Shown: positions 1 to 10,557 of the stretch, piece after piece
Layout of the letters: each line of letters starts with the position of its first letter
Numbering within the stretch: the first letter of the stretch is position 1
Source: Lama guanicoe
Taxonomy: Eukaryota
NCBI GenBank assembly: GCA_013239625.1
Contig: MU053557.1
Span: 3,316,123-3,380,122 of the forward strand
Length of the DNA stretch: 64,000 bases
Direction: 5' to 3'
Program-made: the position numbers and the translations under genes
The notes under the pieces: model-generated
Told to the model about the DNA's origin: nothing
Seen by the model: the letters and a program-made list of their open reading frames with translations, nothing else
The model's database searches: none

Positions 1-135
1 AATCCCATATGGCGTCTTAACGGCATAGAATTTTCAAACTGTGTACAGAACTTTTCTCAGCTATTTTATATCCAGAATAATGCCATAGCTAGACACGAAT
101 GCCCTCTACTTGGAGGAGTGGGTATGGTGGAATGT

Positions 136-297
136 CAGCTTCTCAAACTTCAAGTGTGCGTGTAGATCACCTGCAGATCCTGGTAAAACAGTTTCTGATC
201 CCGGAGGCCTGGAGAAGGACTTGAGATTCTGCATTTCTACTGTGCTTCCCGCTGATGCTGAAATTGGTGGTCTGTGGTCCACACTATGAGAACCACA
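136..297. mobile_element. MER5A-like hAT-Charlie DNA transposon relic
   Basis: ttctcaaactt...atcacctg...gagattctgcatttcta...gatgctg...ccacactatgagaaccac resembles the recalled MER5A consensus. Confidence 0.65.
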
Positions 298-2056
298 TAG
301 GTGCAACGGAAAAGATTTCAATCTAGGAGTCAAAAACATGTCTTCAAATCTTGGCCGTGGCTTGTGTGTATGTTTCTATATATAAAGAAGCTTCTATATA
401 TAAAGAAGTTCTTTTATATAAAGAAGAGATCGTACAAATCTGAAAATGCTTAGTACAAAATTCGTATTTACAGTTGTGTGGAATAGCGATATGTGCGTAT
501 AGTTATACAGAAGTATAGCTGAATTGGTATCAGATCATCAAGGAAAAGCTAGTTAAGAGGAGAAGCAACCGCTCTTATTTCATGTCCCCTAGTCCCCTTT
601 CCACTGCTATCAAAATAGCACAGAATGTTCATGACATGGCTTCTTGTGCTTCAAGAAGACCCAGGAAATGAAGTTAGAAAGATGAATGGATTCATTTTTG
701 CCTTTTCAAAGTCTTCAACAAAAAAGGATCTATAACTCAAATGAGATCGGATCCCCCAGCAGTCTTGCTCACTCATCAGCAGCTGGAAGGTTGATTCATT
801 TCTTTTACAAATACACTAGCATCTCAAATACATTTCCCCAATCCACTTTCCCCATGTCTGTTCTTTTTCTATGTTGTCTGCCTAGGTGCCAGACATGTTC
901 TTTCTCTTTCCCAAGGCTCCTTTTCCAAGGACTCCCCCTCCTGCTGGCTTCAACTTCTTTTCCCTCCAGTATCTTCCCCTCTGGACCCCCTCACATCCCT
1001 TTCCTTAGGAATTCTTGGCTTTCTAGTTTGTATCTTCATATGCATTTCTAGGAGTCTGGTAGGACCTTATATTTTTCTTACATAATCATTATTATATTAA
1101 TTTTTTAAATTGGCATTCAAAAACAGGGTATAGAATTAGATTTTTGTACCTCTTTTCAGCTGAGGTACTTGCCAGCTATATCATCTTGTAATCCTTTATA
1201 ATAACTTTTTCAACAAGGACAGACCCTTAATCACTCATTGTGGCTTCCCTTGCAAAGCTAGGAGCAGAGGAACAATGGCTGCCCCACCTTCACTGGGAGC
1301 CCCTTGAAGGGTTGTTGGTCTAGTTCCGTGGGGGGGGGGTTGTGGGGGTAGATACCAGGCTGAGTCAGTCGGGTACCTGCCTGTGTCTCAGGAAGTTCTT
1401 TGTATAAAAACTGACAGAGCAGATTCTGAAGTGCTGTTTGATTCTGGACTCCAGTGATTAAGCCCTGAAGGCCTCATACTGAGATCAAAAATTGGGGGAT
1501 TCCATTATTTTGAAGTACCACCCTGGGTGGGCTTAGCCTGGGGATAGTTGTAAGTTAGGCAAAGAAAAAGATAAACTAAAATTGTTTAATTAATTGACCA
1601 AATCAGGCCAAGGTAAAATTTCCTAGCCTTACGTGTCCAGATATTTTAGGAGCAAATGGTGTCCTCTATTTGAGTTTTTCAGGTTGTTATGTCTAATTCA
1701 CTCCATTGCTGTTTTCTTGTTTATTCCCGTGGAGCCTAACACACTCCCCAGCTTTTTAGTGTAAGGGTTGCAAATCTTTCTCTGCAAACCCACAGCAGTG
1801 GGGGAGGGGCAGAGGATGGCTGGTTTCTTTGTTGTGACCTGGTGATTTTTTTCCCCCTCTGATTCCTGATTTTACATAATTTTTTGTATGTGCATGTGTG
1901 TGTGTTGGGGGTGAGGGTGCAGGGTTCACTTAAATACACATGAGATCCCTAAAATCCTTTTTTTTTTTAATAATTTGTGTATGTTTCTGATAGAAATAGA
2001 GTCCACTAACACAGAAAGGAGGTAGTGCACCAGTGAAAAGAGAAGGGAGTGAAGAA

Positions 2057-2575
2057 TGGGAGAAAAACACAGCCACCTCGAAATACATCTCTTTGGCATA
2101 TTGATTATTTGGGGTTGATCATTTTTGAAAAGCTGCAGATGCAGGAGAATTTCTGAAAACCAAGTAGATGTTACCCTTTTTAAGAGAAATTCATAGGGAA
2201 ATCTCCACTGGTAAGTGTCTCTCTCTCTCTGTATCAGGAAGAGGAGAATGATTAAATCTCTAGAAACTCTTTATCAGTGGAAAACGCCTGGACTTAAATC
2301 TGCATGACCACCATTCCCTTGCTTACTGTGCTTTGCCTGGAAACCTTCCCTAAATGCACCCCACCCCGTCCCCGACAGCATCTTTCTTTTGTCTTTAGCT
2401 GAAGGTATTTAAGGTGGTGTCATGGGCCATTAGGGGAGTTCCTCTGTTTTCCTGGGTATCTGCCATATGTACAGGAGGTCTACGTATTATTAAACTTCTA
2501 TTTGTTTTTCTCTTGTTAATTTGTCTCATCTAAGAACCTAGAAGGGAAGAGGGAAAATTCTCTTTCCTCCCCGCA
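2057..2575 (+). mobile_element. Solo LTR, MER34-like (ERV1)
   Basis: gccacc..aaata..tctttggcata..gattattt start, attaaacttctatttgtttttctcttgttaat signal region, ttcctccccgca end; resembles recalled MER34A. Confidence 0.7.
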
Positions 2576-2599
2576 GGAACAGCAGAGGAGAAGCAAACC

Positions 2600-2600
<1 letters not shown>

Positions 2601-2630
<30 letters not shown>

Positions 2631-2642
2631 AAAAGAAAAAAA
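2601..2642 (+). repeat. Poly(A) tract
   Basis: Run of about 28 A followed by GAAAA units. Confidence 0.9.
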
Positions 2643-4000
2643 GATATTTTGGAGAATAACAAGTTAATTAGGAACCAGATTGAGGAGATTGAGTTTAAAG
2701 AAAATGAAAATCTATGTAAAATGGATGAAGATTACATTGAAGATTACATGAGGTTTCTGGGAATTGTGAGGATAATGTTCTGGACTCACTTTAGCTCAAA
2801 ACATAACGGCTTCACCAGCATCTCTATTTTATTTATTTTCTACTCTACTGGGTTTTAAGCCCTACATGCTCCTTTTTAAAATTTTTATGTGGCATGTGAC
2901 TCAGGGAGGTGAGTATTGGGCTGTGGGGTGACAGTAGAGACGGCAAGAGTGCAATACAGCATCCATGGTTCCGATGGTGGGTGCTGTGCTCCCAGAAAGA
3001 AGCAAAATTGTTCCATCCCAACCAACTGGAGACAGAGTAAATCATTGAATTTTCATAAAACTTGGTAGCTATATTTTCTCCACTCTTTTCAACAAAGTCT
3101 CAGAGAATAGGAACTTGATCAAATCACATGATCTAAGCAAGAAAGAGCTAGGCTTCCAACTTGAATCTAACAGCACCAAAGGTTGCGTTCCTTACCCCTG
3201 TCTACTTCTGCCATACAAAACGCATCACCCATTACCCACCCTGCCCCGAGCACGGGGGTTATCAGGAAGGGAGCATCACTGAGATCTGCTGCTCTGACAA
3301 TTATAACTAAGTTAGTTAGCAGCCCTCTCCCCCAACTTTTGCTTTGAGGTAGGAGGGAGGTCCTGTTTGTCCGCCAATTTCTTTGTTCCTTGGAACTGAT
3401 AGATCTTGGGATTCCAGCTTCAATTCCAGTTTTGAGAAATCTGAGCCCAGTGAACCATGTCATAGCCACATCAGGGAGGATTTTTTTTTTCTTTCTCTCT
3501 CTTTTTTTCTTTCCCCTTTAGCCAAGTAGAGGCTGAATAGATGGGCTCTTGGCAACCTCATTGTATCTATTATGTTCTCATCATTATTTAAACAAATGGC
3601 ATTCACTGGGGTCCGAGTCAAGGGGACAGGACACAGAGGAGGCTTTTTATCAGTCAGCTGGACTGCTCTTCCCTTTTCCCAAGTCTTTTGTGTTCCCTGA
3701 GGATCCCTCAAGTGTGGAGCAGCTCACAAAGGAATGAGAGGGACACAGCCTTTGTCTGGGAAGGGACAGCCAGTCAGTCCCCTTTGCCCCTCGGCAGATG
3801 TCTTGATCCTTTTAGCTGCTTTCTGTCTCTATTCAAATACAAAAGTGATGATGAAACACCCAACATGTTCCTAAGGCACTGGATGGGGGAGGTGCGCAGG
3901 GGTGGAAAGAGTGATGTGCAGGTTTTTTGTTTTTGTTTTTAACAAGGTCAGGTATGACAAAGAGTCATTGCAGGCACTAGGATGCACACAGCCGAGAAGG

Positions 4001-4546
4001 TGTTGCGGAAAAATGTGTTACAGCTCGGTGTTACAGTTCAGTGTTACAGCTCAGCTGTGACAGCAACCTGGATCCGGGCAAGAGACCAAGCAGCACTCGG
4101 AGAGTTGGAGAACTCAGGTTTATTACGCCAGCAGGCCCAGAGCAGATAACACTTCAAGCTCTGGACCCCATCTATAAGTTTACACAGGCCTTTTATAGGC
4201 TGCCAGTTTTACACTTTGCAACATCATATGCAAATAAAGTATAACAGAAGTTGACCAACCAGGAACAAGCTTTGTAGAAACAGACCAATCAGGAGTGAGC
4301 TCCATGCAAATGAAGTACTACAAATGGACCAATCAGAGGTTAGGGAAGTGGACCAATCAGGAGTGAAGGAAATAACCAATCAGAAGTGAGCTCAGGAAAC
4401 CAATAGAATTCTAGGTGTAAGTTAGCTGCTTTAGAGTCAAAAAAGTGAAATAAAGCCGCTGGGCCAGGGAACCGGACGGTGCTGGGAGGAGAACAGTGGC
4501 CCTGCCTAGGGGTCCTTCGGGCCTTTTTATGGGGCTTCCTGCCTCA
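4001..4546 (-). mobile_element. 3' LTR of the ERV
   Basis: TG...CA termini, TATAAAA (4191-4197), AATAAA (4119-4124), preceded on minus by the polypurine tract. Confidence 0.95.
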
Positions 4547-4558
4547 TTCCCCGCTTTT
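4547..4558 (-). promoter_or_regulatory. Polypurine tract AAAAGCGGGGAA
   Basis: Purine run immediately before the TG of the 3' LTR on the minus strand. Confidence 0.85.
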
Positions 4559-4608
4559 GATGCTCTCTTTAACATCTGTAGTGAGCACCAAACTTATAGT
4601 GGTGTCCT

Positions 4609-6098
4609 TTATTCATCATTGGGTTCTTCCTGGTCCAGGGGCCTGTACTAACTAGTAGCTGTAGTCTCAGTGACTCTATTCGTGAGCTAATGAAACGGGT
4701 CATGAGGCTAAGGATGCAGGGACCAAACAGCAGTGCTAGAAGGATCATAAGGAGGGGACCTACTAGGAGGAGGAGCCAGGAGGCCCAACTCCAGAGGTTA
4801 TTCCATTGTGCCCAGGAGTTTGCTAATTCCTGGTTTCTGCGTTTAGCCCAACCTCATAGTTTTTGAACCATATTTCTGACAATTCCTGATTGATTTACAT
4901 AGAAACAGCATTCCTCATTTAGGAAGAGACAGAGTTCCCCCTTTTCAGCGGTGAGCAAGTCTAAACCCCTCCTGTTCTGTAGGACGACTGCTGCTAGGGA
5001 GTCCAAACTGGTTTTGTAGAGTCATTAAGGACTCAGCCACTTGTTTTAAACCTTCAATGACCTCAGCACATAACTGCTGGTAATAGTAGGATGATGAGGC
5101 TATTCCTGCTATTCCTGTGCCTACTCCAGTTGCTATTCCTAGCCCAATGAGTAGTGGTATTAACTGGATGGCCCTTTTTGATCGAGTATGGGCCATCAGG
5201 AGTACAGGAAGGCTCTAGTTATTAGGTATTATGTCCATCTGAGGGGTAAGGAAGGCCAATGTGCAAGTACCTGTCCAACTGGCTGGCAGCACCGGCAGGT
5301 GTGTGCCCTGCATACAAAAAAGGTTCCTGGGCTTGGTGTGCACCAGAGTTTGGCAGGCATACAACCATAAACAGTTGTGCAGTTATGGGTTTGGGCACAC
5401 TGGGCAGTGGCCAGATTTCCTACAGAATGTTTTGTCTCCAAGTTGTAGATGCAGTCAGGAGTCATATGGGCCAGCTGTACATTAACTGACTTGGGGCTTA
5501 CATCTGCAGAGGCTATTAAATTTGGTTAGATCTGAGAGACCTATTGAGCTGGCTACATGCTGGAGGGGGCCGGGATGCAGGCAGAGCCAGCAATCACTTG
5601 CTAGTTTTGGGTTACTAGCATTAAGAAGGTGATGGACCTTGTTTATTAACGGACTTAATTGGGGGTCCTGGTTATAGAGCATGGACCTAGGTCTAGGTCT
5701 ACTTTTCTTTTCCCAATCCTTGCTAGGTCTATAGAAGGGCTCTGAGCGTGTGGGCCAGGGATTTTTCCTGGGGAGTAGGTCCTTGTCAAATGCAATTTGG
5801 CGAATGGGTCTCATTGGAACCCCCGTCATGGAAAGAGATACGTCAGCAACTACTTTTATAAGCAGACGAAGGATTTGGGGTTTCATCATTTTTAACAGGG
5901 AGGTATGGTTCCTATTAGCAGACACTGACCATTAGGTTTTCTGTTGTAGAGAGAGAGAGTACAGCTGGTATTAGTTTCTGGCCTGTGTTCCAATCCTGGG
6001 GTGCGGTGGCTATCAGTCCTACAACTAGTAATAAAGTAACAATACTCAATAATAAAATTAAGGGCAGCAGCTCTTTTTACGTCTTGACTGGTGGTTCC
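4609..6098 (-). pseudogene. env: ERV env (gamma-type SU-TM), disrupted; 5' boundary approximate
   Basis: SDCWLCL (CXXC), RSKR furin site, fusion peptide AIQLIPLLIGLGIATGVGTGIAGI, immunosuppressive domain [24 protein letters not shown] (CX6CC), TM WASWLLLLVGPLLMILLALLFGPCIL; +1 frameshift near 5006 and TGA at 4855-4857. Confidence 0.92.
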
Positions 6099-7509
6099 TC
6101 AGGCTTCCGCCGTGCGTTGACTAGCCATCTTCCGGGCGTGGCTAGAGCAAGGCTTGGTGCTCTCTGGCAGGTGAGGCGGGCGTTTCTGGCTCCGATTCCA
6201 AGTGGCTCCTTGAGGTCCTGGTTGATTCACCAGACGTCCTCGTCTCGTGGTGGTGCTTCTCTTTACTCTGGTGTGATGAATCCACGGGGCGATACCTGCA
6301 ACTTTAAGAGCTGTTGGGATGGTTAGTTTAATTGTGTAGGGGCCCCTCCAAGTGGGTTCGAGGGGCTCCTTTCTCCAATCTTTTATCCAGAGTTGATCTT
6401 TCAGCTCATATGGGTGTAACATTGTTCCCAGTGAGACTGGGATCCTGTCCGTTACCCACCTATGGACTCTCCACAGTTTTTTCGAGACCATGCATTTGTT
6501 TATGAAGTTCTTAGCTTCCCACCTCTCTTTTTCTCCTAGTAATATCAAGGGAGGGGGTGTCCCATATAAGATTTCAAAAGGGGAAAATCCATTCTCTGAC
6601 CAAGGGGCATAGAGTATCCACAAGAGAGCCATGGGCAGAGTGTCAGTCCAAGGTAAATGAGTTTCTCAACCGAGCCTTATCATCTCATTTTCTAGGGTCT
6701 GGCCCATGCGTTCTATTCTTCCTGAATGCCGGGGTCTGTAGGCTTCATGTAGATTTCAGCAGATGTTTACTCTTTTTGCCACTTTTGTACTGTTTTTGTT
6801 ATGAATGTGGGTCCATTGTCTGACACTATGGTTAATGGCAGCCCAAATCTGGGAGTAATGTGTCTGAGTAAGGCCTTTGTTACTTCTCTTGTTTCCTCAG
6901 TCCGCGTTGGGTATGTATGCTTCCGCCCATCCTGAAAAGGTGCAGATAAAAACCAGCAAGTAGTTGTATCCTCTGCTGAGCCCCATTTCCATATCTTTAA
7001 AAGGAGCCTGGCCATAGTACTGGATTTCTCTTGGCCCAGTTGACCCCCAATGTGCATTATGCTGAGCACATATGAGGCAGCGCTGAGACAGAGGCACAGA
7101 GGGATGGAAGTTGAGGAATCAGACAGTACCATTCCAGCAGGGCCTCTAATGCAGTCTTTCCCAGGTGGGTGAGCTCATGTTGTTGAAGGACCATCTGGTG
7201 GGCTAATCGTTCAGGTATATATATCCGTTTGTCAGGCATCACCCACCATCCTTCCTTTCCGCCGGATCCTCCTTTAGCTTTTGCCCAGGAGTTTTCCTCG
7301 TAGCTGTATGCTGGAGATGTTGGCAGCAGTTTGGGTTTGGGTGCTGCTCAAACCTTTGGGATGGCCCCAAGATCTCGGGCATGGGCCGATTCACTTGCCG
7401 CTTTGTGTGTAGCTTGATCTGCTGGTTGGTTTTTTGTTTATGGGGTCATTTCCCTTTATGGTGTCCTTTATAGTGGTTGATTAACATGCCTGTGGGCTCC
7501 CAAATTGCC
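6099..7509 (-). pseudogene. pol: ERV pol remnant: RNase H C-terminus plus integrase, multiple frameshifts
   Basis: HYKGHHKGNDP (RNase H end), HELTHLG...CLICAQHN (HHCC), LVFICTFSGWAEAY, PRFGLPLTIVSDNGPTF, SPFEILYG, WRGPYT...WIHHTRVK. Confidence 0.92.
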
Positions 7510-8698
7510 TCTCACCATAGTACATGGGGGGCTTGTCTGGCTTTTGCATCACGGTGGTCGTAGACACGTTGGTTAGTTTCTTTGCCGCGGCTTGCAACCC
7601 ATGTAGAAGGGCCCTCCGATACGTCCGCAGAGCCTCCCGTTTGGCTTGGGAGTTAAGAGTTCCATTCTGGTCTTGTGTCTGGGGCTGCATTCCGGGCCCA
7701 TTCCTCCACATTGATGGTTTCCTCTGGGGCCTCCTCTTGTAGCCATTTTCTAGTTTGTTATGATCTGCTTTCTTTCTTTAGAATTGAAGAGTGTCAGGAG
7801 CAGCTGTTGAATGTCACCCCAAGTCAGCCTGTGAGTCTGGAAGATGGACTCTAGGAGGTCAATCATTGCCTGGGGTTTTTCTGAATACGGTGGAGTGTGG
7901 TGTCGCCAGTTTAGGAGATCCGTTGTACTGAAAGGCTGGTAGTACAGGATGGAGTGGCCAGGCTGTATGGGGCCACCATTGTTAACTTGTTGGGGCTCTT
8001 GGGTCTCCTGGAAAGGCATCCGGAGGGTGGCCGCCGGGCTGGGCGACCTGCAAGACCGAATGGAGTTTCCTCCCCTTGGGCTCTTGGCCGTTAACGTGTT
8101 GGGGAACTTGGGTTTCCCAGAGAGGCCTCTGGAGAGTGGCCGCTGGCTGGGCGGCCCGTGGGGCTGAACGGTGTTTCCACCCCTTGGGCTCTAGCCTAAG
8201 AGTCCGGGGCCACCATGGCGGCACAGGCAGTGGTGGACCGTCTGGTAGAGGCAGCTGTGGTGGAGCCGCAGAAGCAGAAGAAACCTTTGGCAGGGGCAGC
8301 ATTGGCAGTTCTTCAGGGTTGCCCCAAAGGACTGGCCTCGTTCTGTCTCTTTTCAGCTTTAATGTCGGGACCATGAGGATCTTATATTGTCCCTGTCCAT
8401 TCGCATAAACCCGGACCCATGGAGACAAGGTTTGGGCGCTTGTTAGCCAAGAATCAATATATGGGAATTGGTCACGGTGCCCTGGGGGCGTGGTGATTAT
8501 CCAGTGTATAGCCCAGACAGCTGACAGGTCTAGTGTACCTTCTGGGGGCCATCCCACTCCAAAGGTGGGCCACTCTGACTCGCACAACGTGCGCAATTTT
8601 TGTGGTGTCAATTTAATTCCATAGTTTCCTGAGAAACCCTTTTTAAAATTTTTAATCATGCAGTCCAGAACTATCGGCTTTGATTTTGAGGATCCCAT
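7510..8698 (-). pseudogene. gag: ERV gag (MA, proline-rich p12-like region, N-terminal CA), frameshifted and 3'-truncated
   Basis: MGSSKSKPIVLDCMIKNFKKGFSGNYG...WPTFGVGWPPEGTLD...DQFPYIDSW (MA, HERV-E-like); QPFSTTDLLNWRHHTPPYSEKPQAMIDLLESIFQTH (CA); pieces in different frames. Confidence 0.92.
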
Positions 8699-9978
8699 TA
8701 CTATTAGCTGACAGATTTTATGGCCTATAGGTGTGGGTCTGCTTCTAGCACTGAGAACTGACTGTGACCCCAGTATCTTCGTCCCACTCCTCAAAACAGT
8801 GGAGTGCTCAAAAAGCTGGCTGCCTCACTGGGCCTAACATCTGCTTGGCTGCAAGTGTTGCCAATGAGTTGGGGTTTCCACATTAGGCAGGCAACCCCCT
8901 GAGACTCCCTCAGGCCTGGATGAGCTCCAGGGGTCCCTGTATAGTCTTTTTATAGCCTGAATTGACAAAATATGAGGCTAGGATGGCTAGCTGGTGGTAG
9001 AATAAATGAACCAAAATAAGGGGGGCCTCAAAAGAGAGCTCCAGCCAGTCCTGGGTTGGCTCCCTCTGGTTCAGGTCTTGTGGTCTTAATTTTAGATAGA
9101 GAAGTATATTGAGGCTGATTAATCACGACAGGATATTCTGGGGGACTGGTGACAAGGTTGTGTCAACCTCTTTAATGTAGTCTCATCTTAGTCCCTAAGG
9201 GCACAGGGGTCATTTACTCACAGGCTGTTCTATGTCCCTTTCCCTCCCTGTATAGCCACCCTGTGCCGGTGTCGCAAACGAGACAAAGGGAGGGTTTTTG
9301 CTGCGTCCGCCTGGCCGCTCCCCTCGCGGGGACGAAGGTGCCTCTTAGCTTTGGCGGGTCAGTATAAACTGCTGACTCTGATCAATACCCCGAGGGGCCG
9401 ATACCGCCATGAGCCATATGAGGTCACCACAGAACCGCAGGTTGGGACTCACTCCAACTCCATAGCAGAATGCCGTGGAGCTACAAACTCAAGCCTGATC
9501 GCATGCTTTTCAGGCCGCACACACACACACACACACAAACACATAAGAGGTTATTTGCACATTCCCTCCCTATCACCAGGGCGTCCCTTATTTAACATAA
9601 TCTAACCAGCTCTCCCTGTTGAACTACCGTCGGGTGGGGAGCATAACCAGATCTCCCCGTCAGACTACCATCTGGCAGGGAGCCTGGAAAAGGTATCAGA
9701 CTCCTCTTCTGTCCACTTGGACAGAACCTGATTACCCTAACCTAACTATGGACGCTTCCCGGGGCTCCTACCGTATTCCGCCATGTTGCTTGGTGAGTTG
9801 GTCTGTCCCTCCACTGAGTCTGGTTGGGGCACAGCCACCCGGAGGACTGAATCACCTCCACCAAGGAGGACACAGAATATTGTCGGGTGGTGCACCTCCT
9901 CGTTCGCTCTCAGAGCTTCTGACCTCCAGGCAGTTTGCTCTGCCGTCCCAGCAGCTCAAGGGGGCCGGCATGGTTGGA

Positions 9979-9996
9979 ATCTCACTGGGACCTCCA
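9979..9996 (-). promoter_or_regulatory. Primer binding site TGGAGGTCCCAGTGAGAT (tRNA-Thr or tRNA-Gln type)
   Basis: 18-mer starting TGG, 4 nt inside the 5' LTR boundary; two mismatches to either recalled PBS-Thr TGGAGGCCCCAGCGAGAT or PBS-Gln TGGAGGTCCCACCGAGAT. Confidence 0.85.
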
Positions 9997-10000
9997 AAAA

Positions 10001-10557
10001 TGTTGCACAAAAACGTGTTACTGCTCGGTGTTACAGCTCAGTTGTAACGGCAATCTGGATCCGGGTGAGAAACCAAGCAGCACTCAGGAAAGTTGGAGAA
10101 CTTGGGTTTATTACGGCAGCAAGCCTAGAAGAGTTAATGCTGCAAGCTCTGAAACCCGTCTCTAGGTTTACACAGGCCTTTTATAGGCTGCCAGTTTTAC
10201 ACTTTGCAACATCATATGCAAATAAAGTATAACAGAAGTTGACCAACCAGGAACAAGCTTTGTAGAAATAGACCAATCAGGAGTGAGCTCCATGCAAATG
10301 AAGTACTACAAATGGACCAATCAGAAGTTAGGGAAGTGGACCAATCAGAAGTGAGAGTAATAGCCAATCAGGAGTGAAGGAAATAACCAATCAGAAGTGA
10401 GCTCAGGGAACCAATAGAATTCTAGGTGTAAGTTAGCCGCTTTAGAGTCGAAAAAGTGAGATAAAGCCTATGGGCCAGGGAACCGGACAGTGCTGGGAGG
10501 AGAGCAGCGGCCCTGCCTAGGGATCTTGTGGGTCTTTTTATGGGGCTGCCCGCCTCA
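10001..10557 (-). mobile_element. 5' LTR of the ERV
   Basis: TG...CA termini, TATAAAA (10179-10185, minus), AATAAA (10107-10112, minus), adjacent to the PBS, direct repeat of 4001-4546. Confidence 0.95.

Larger units (their letters stand above)
4001..10557 (-). mobile_element. Class I (gammaretrovirus-like, ERV1) endogenous retrovirus, internally deleted and defective
   Basis: Two ~550-bp TG...CA LTRs, PBS, PPT, and gag-pol-env homology in the correct order on the minus strand. Confidence 0.96.

Noticed and set aside
4609..6098. env as a domesticated syncytin or restriction-factor gene
   Set aside because: A frameshift before the immunosuppressive domain (~5006), a TGA at 4855-4857, further breaks in SU and no clear start codon leave no intact ORF.
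7982..8794. 270-aa gag ORF as a co-opted Gag protein
   Set aside because: It covers only MA and p12 and shifts out of frame before CA; an ORF of this length is expected in a moderately young provirus.
4001..10001. Both LTRs start at round coordinates (4001 and 10001), suggesting an artificial insertion
   Set aside because: Internal structure (PBS, PPT, natural decay) is biologically coherent. I cannot distinguish coincidence from window design, so no claim is made.
10270..10420. Regularly spaced short repeats resembling a CRISPR-like array
   Set aside because: These are tandem CCAAT enhancer repeats within an LTR U3 in a mammalian genome, with no unique spacers or cas genes.
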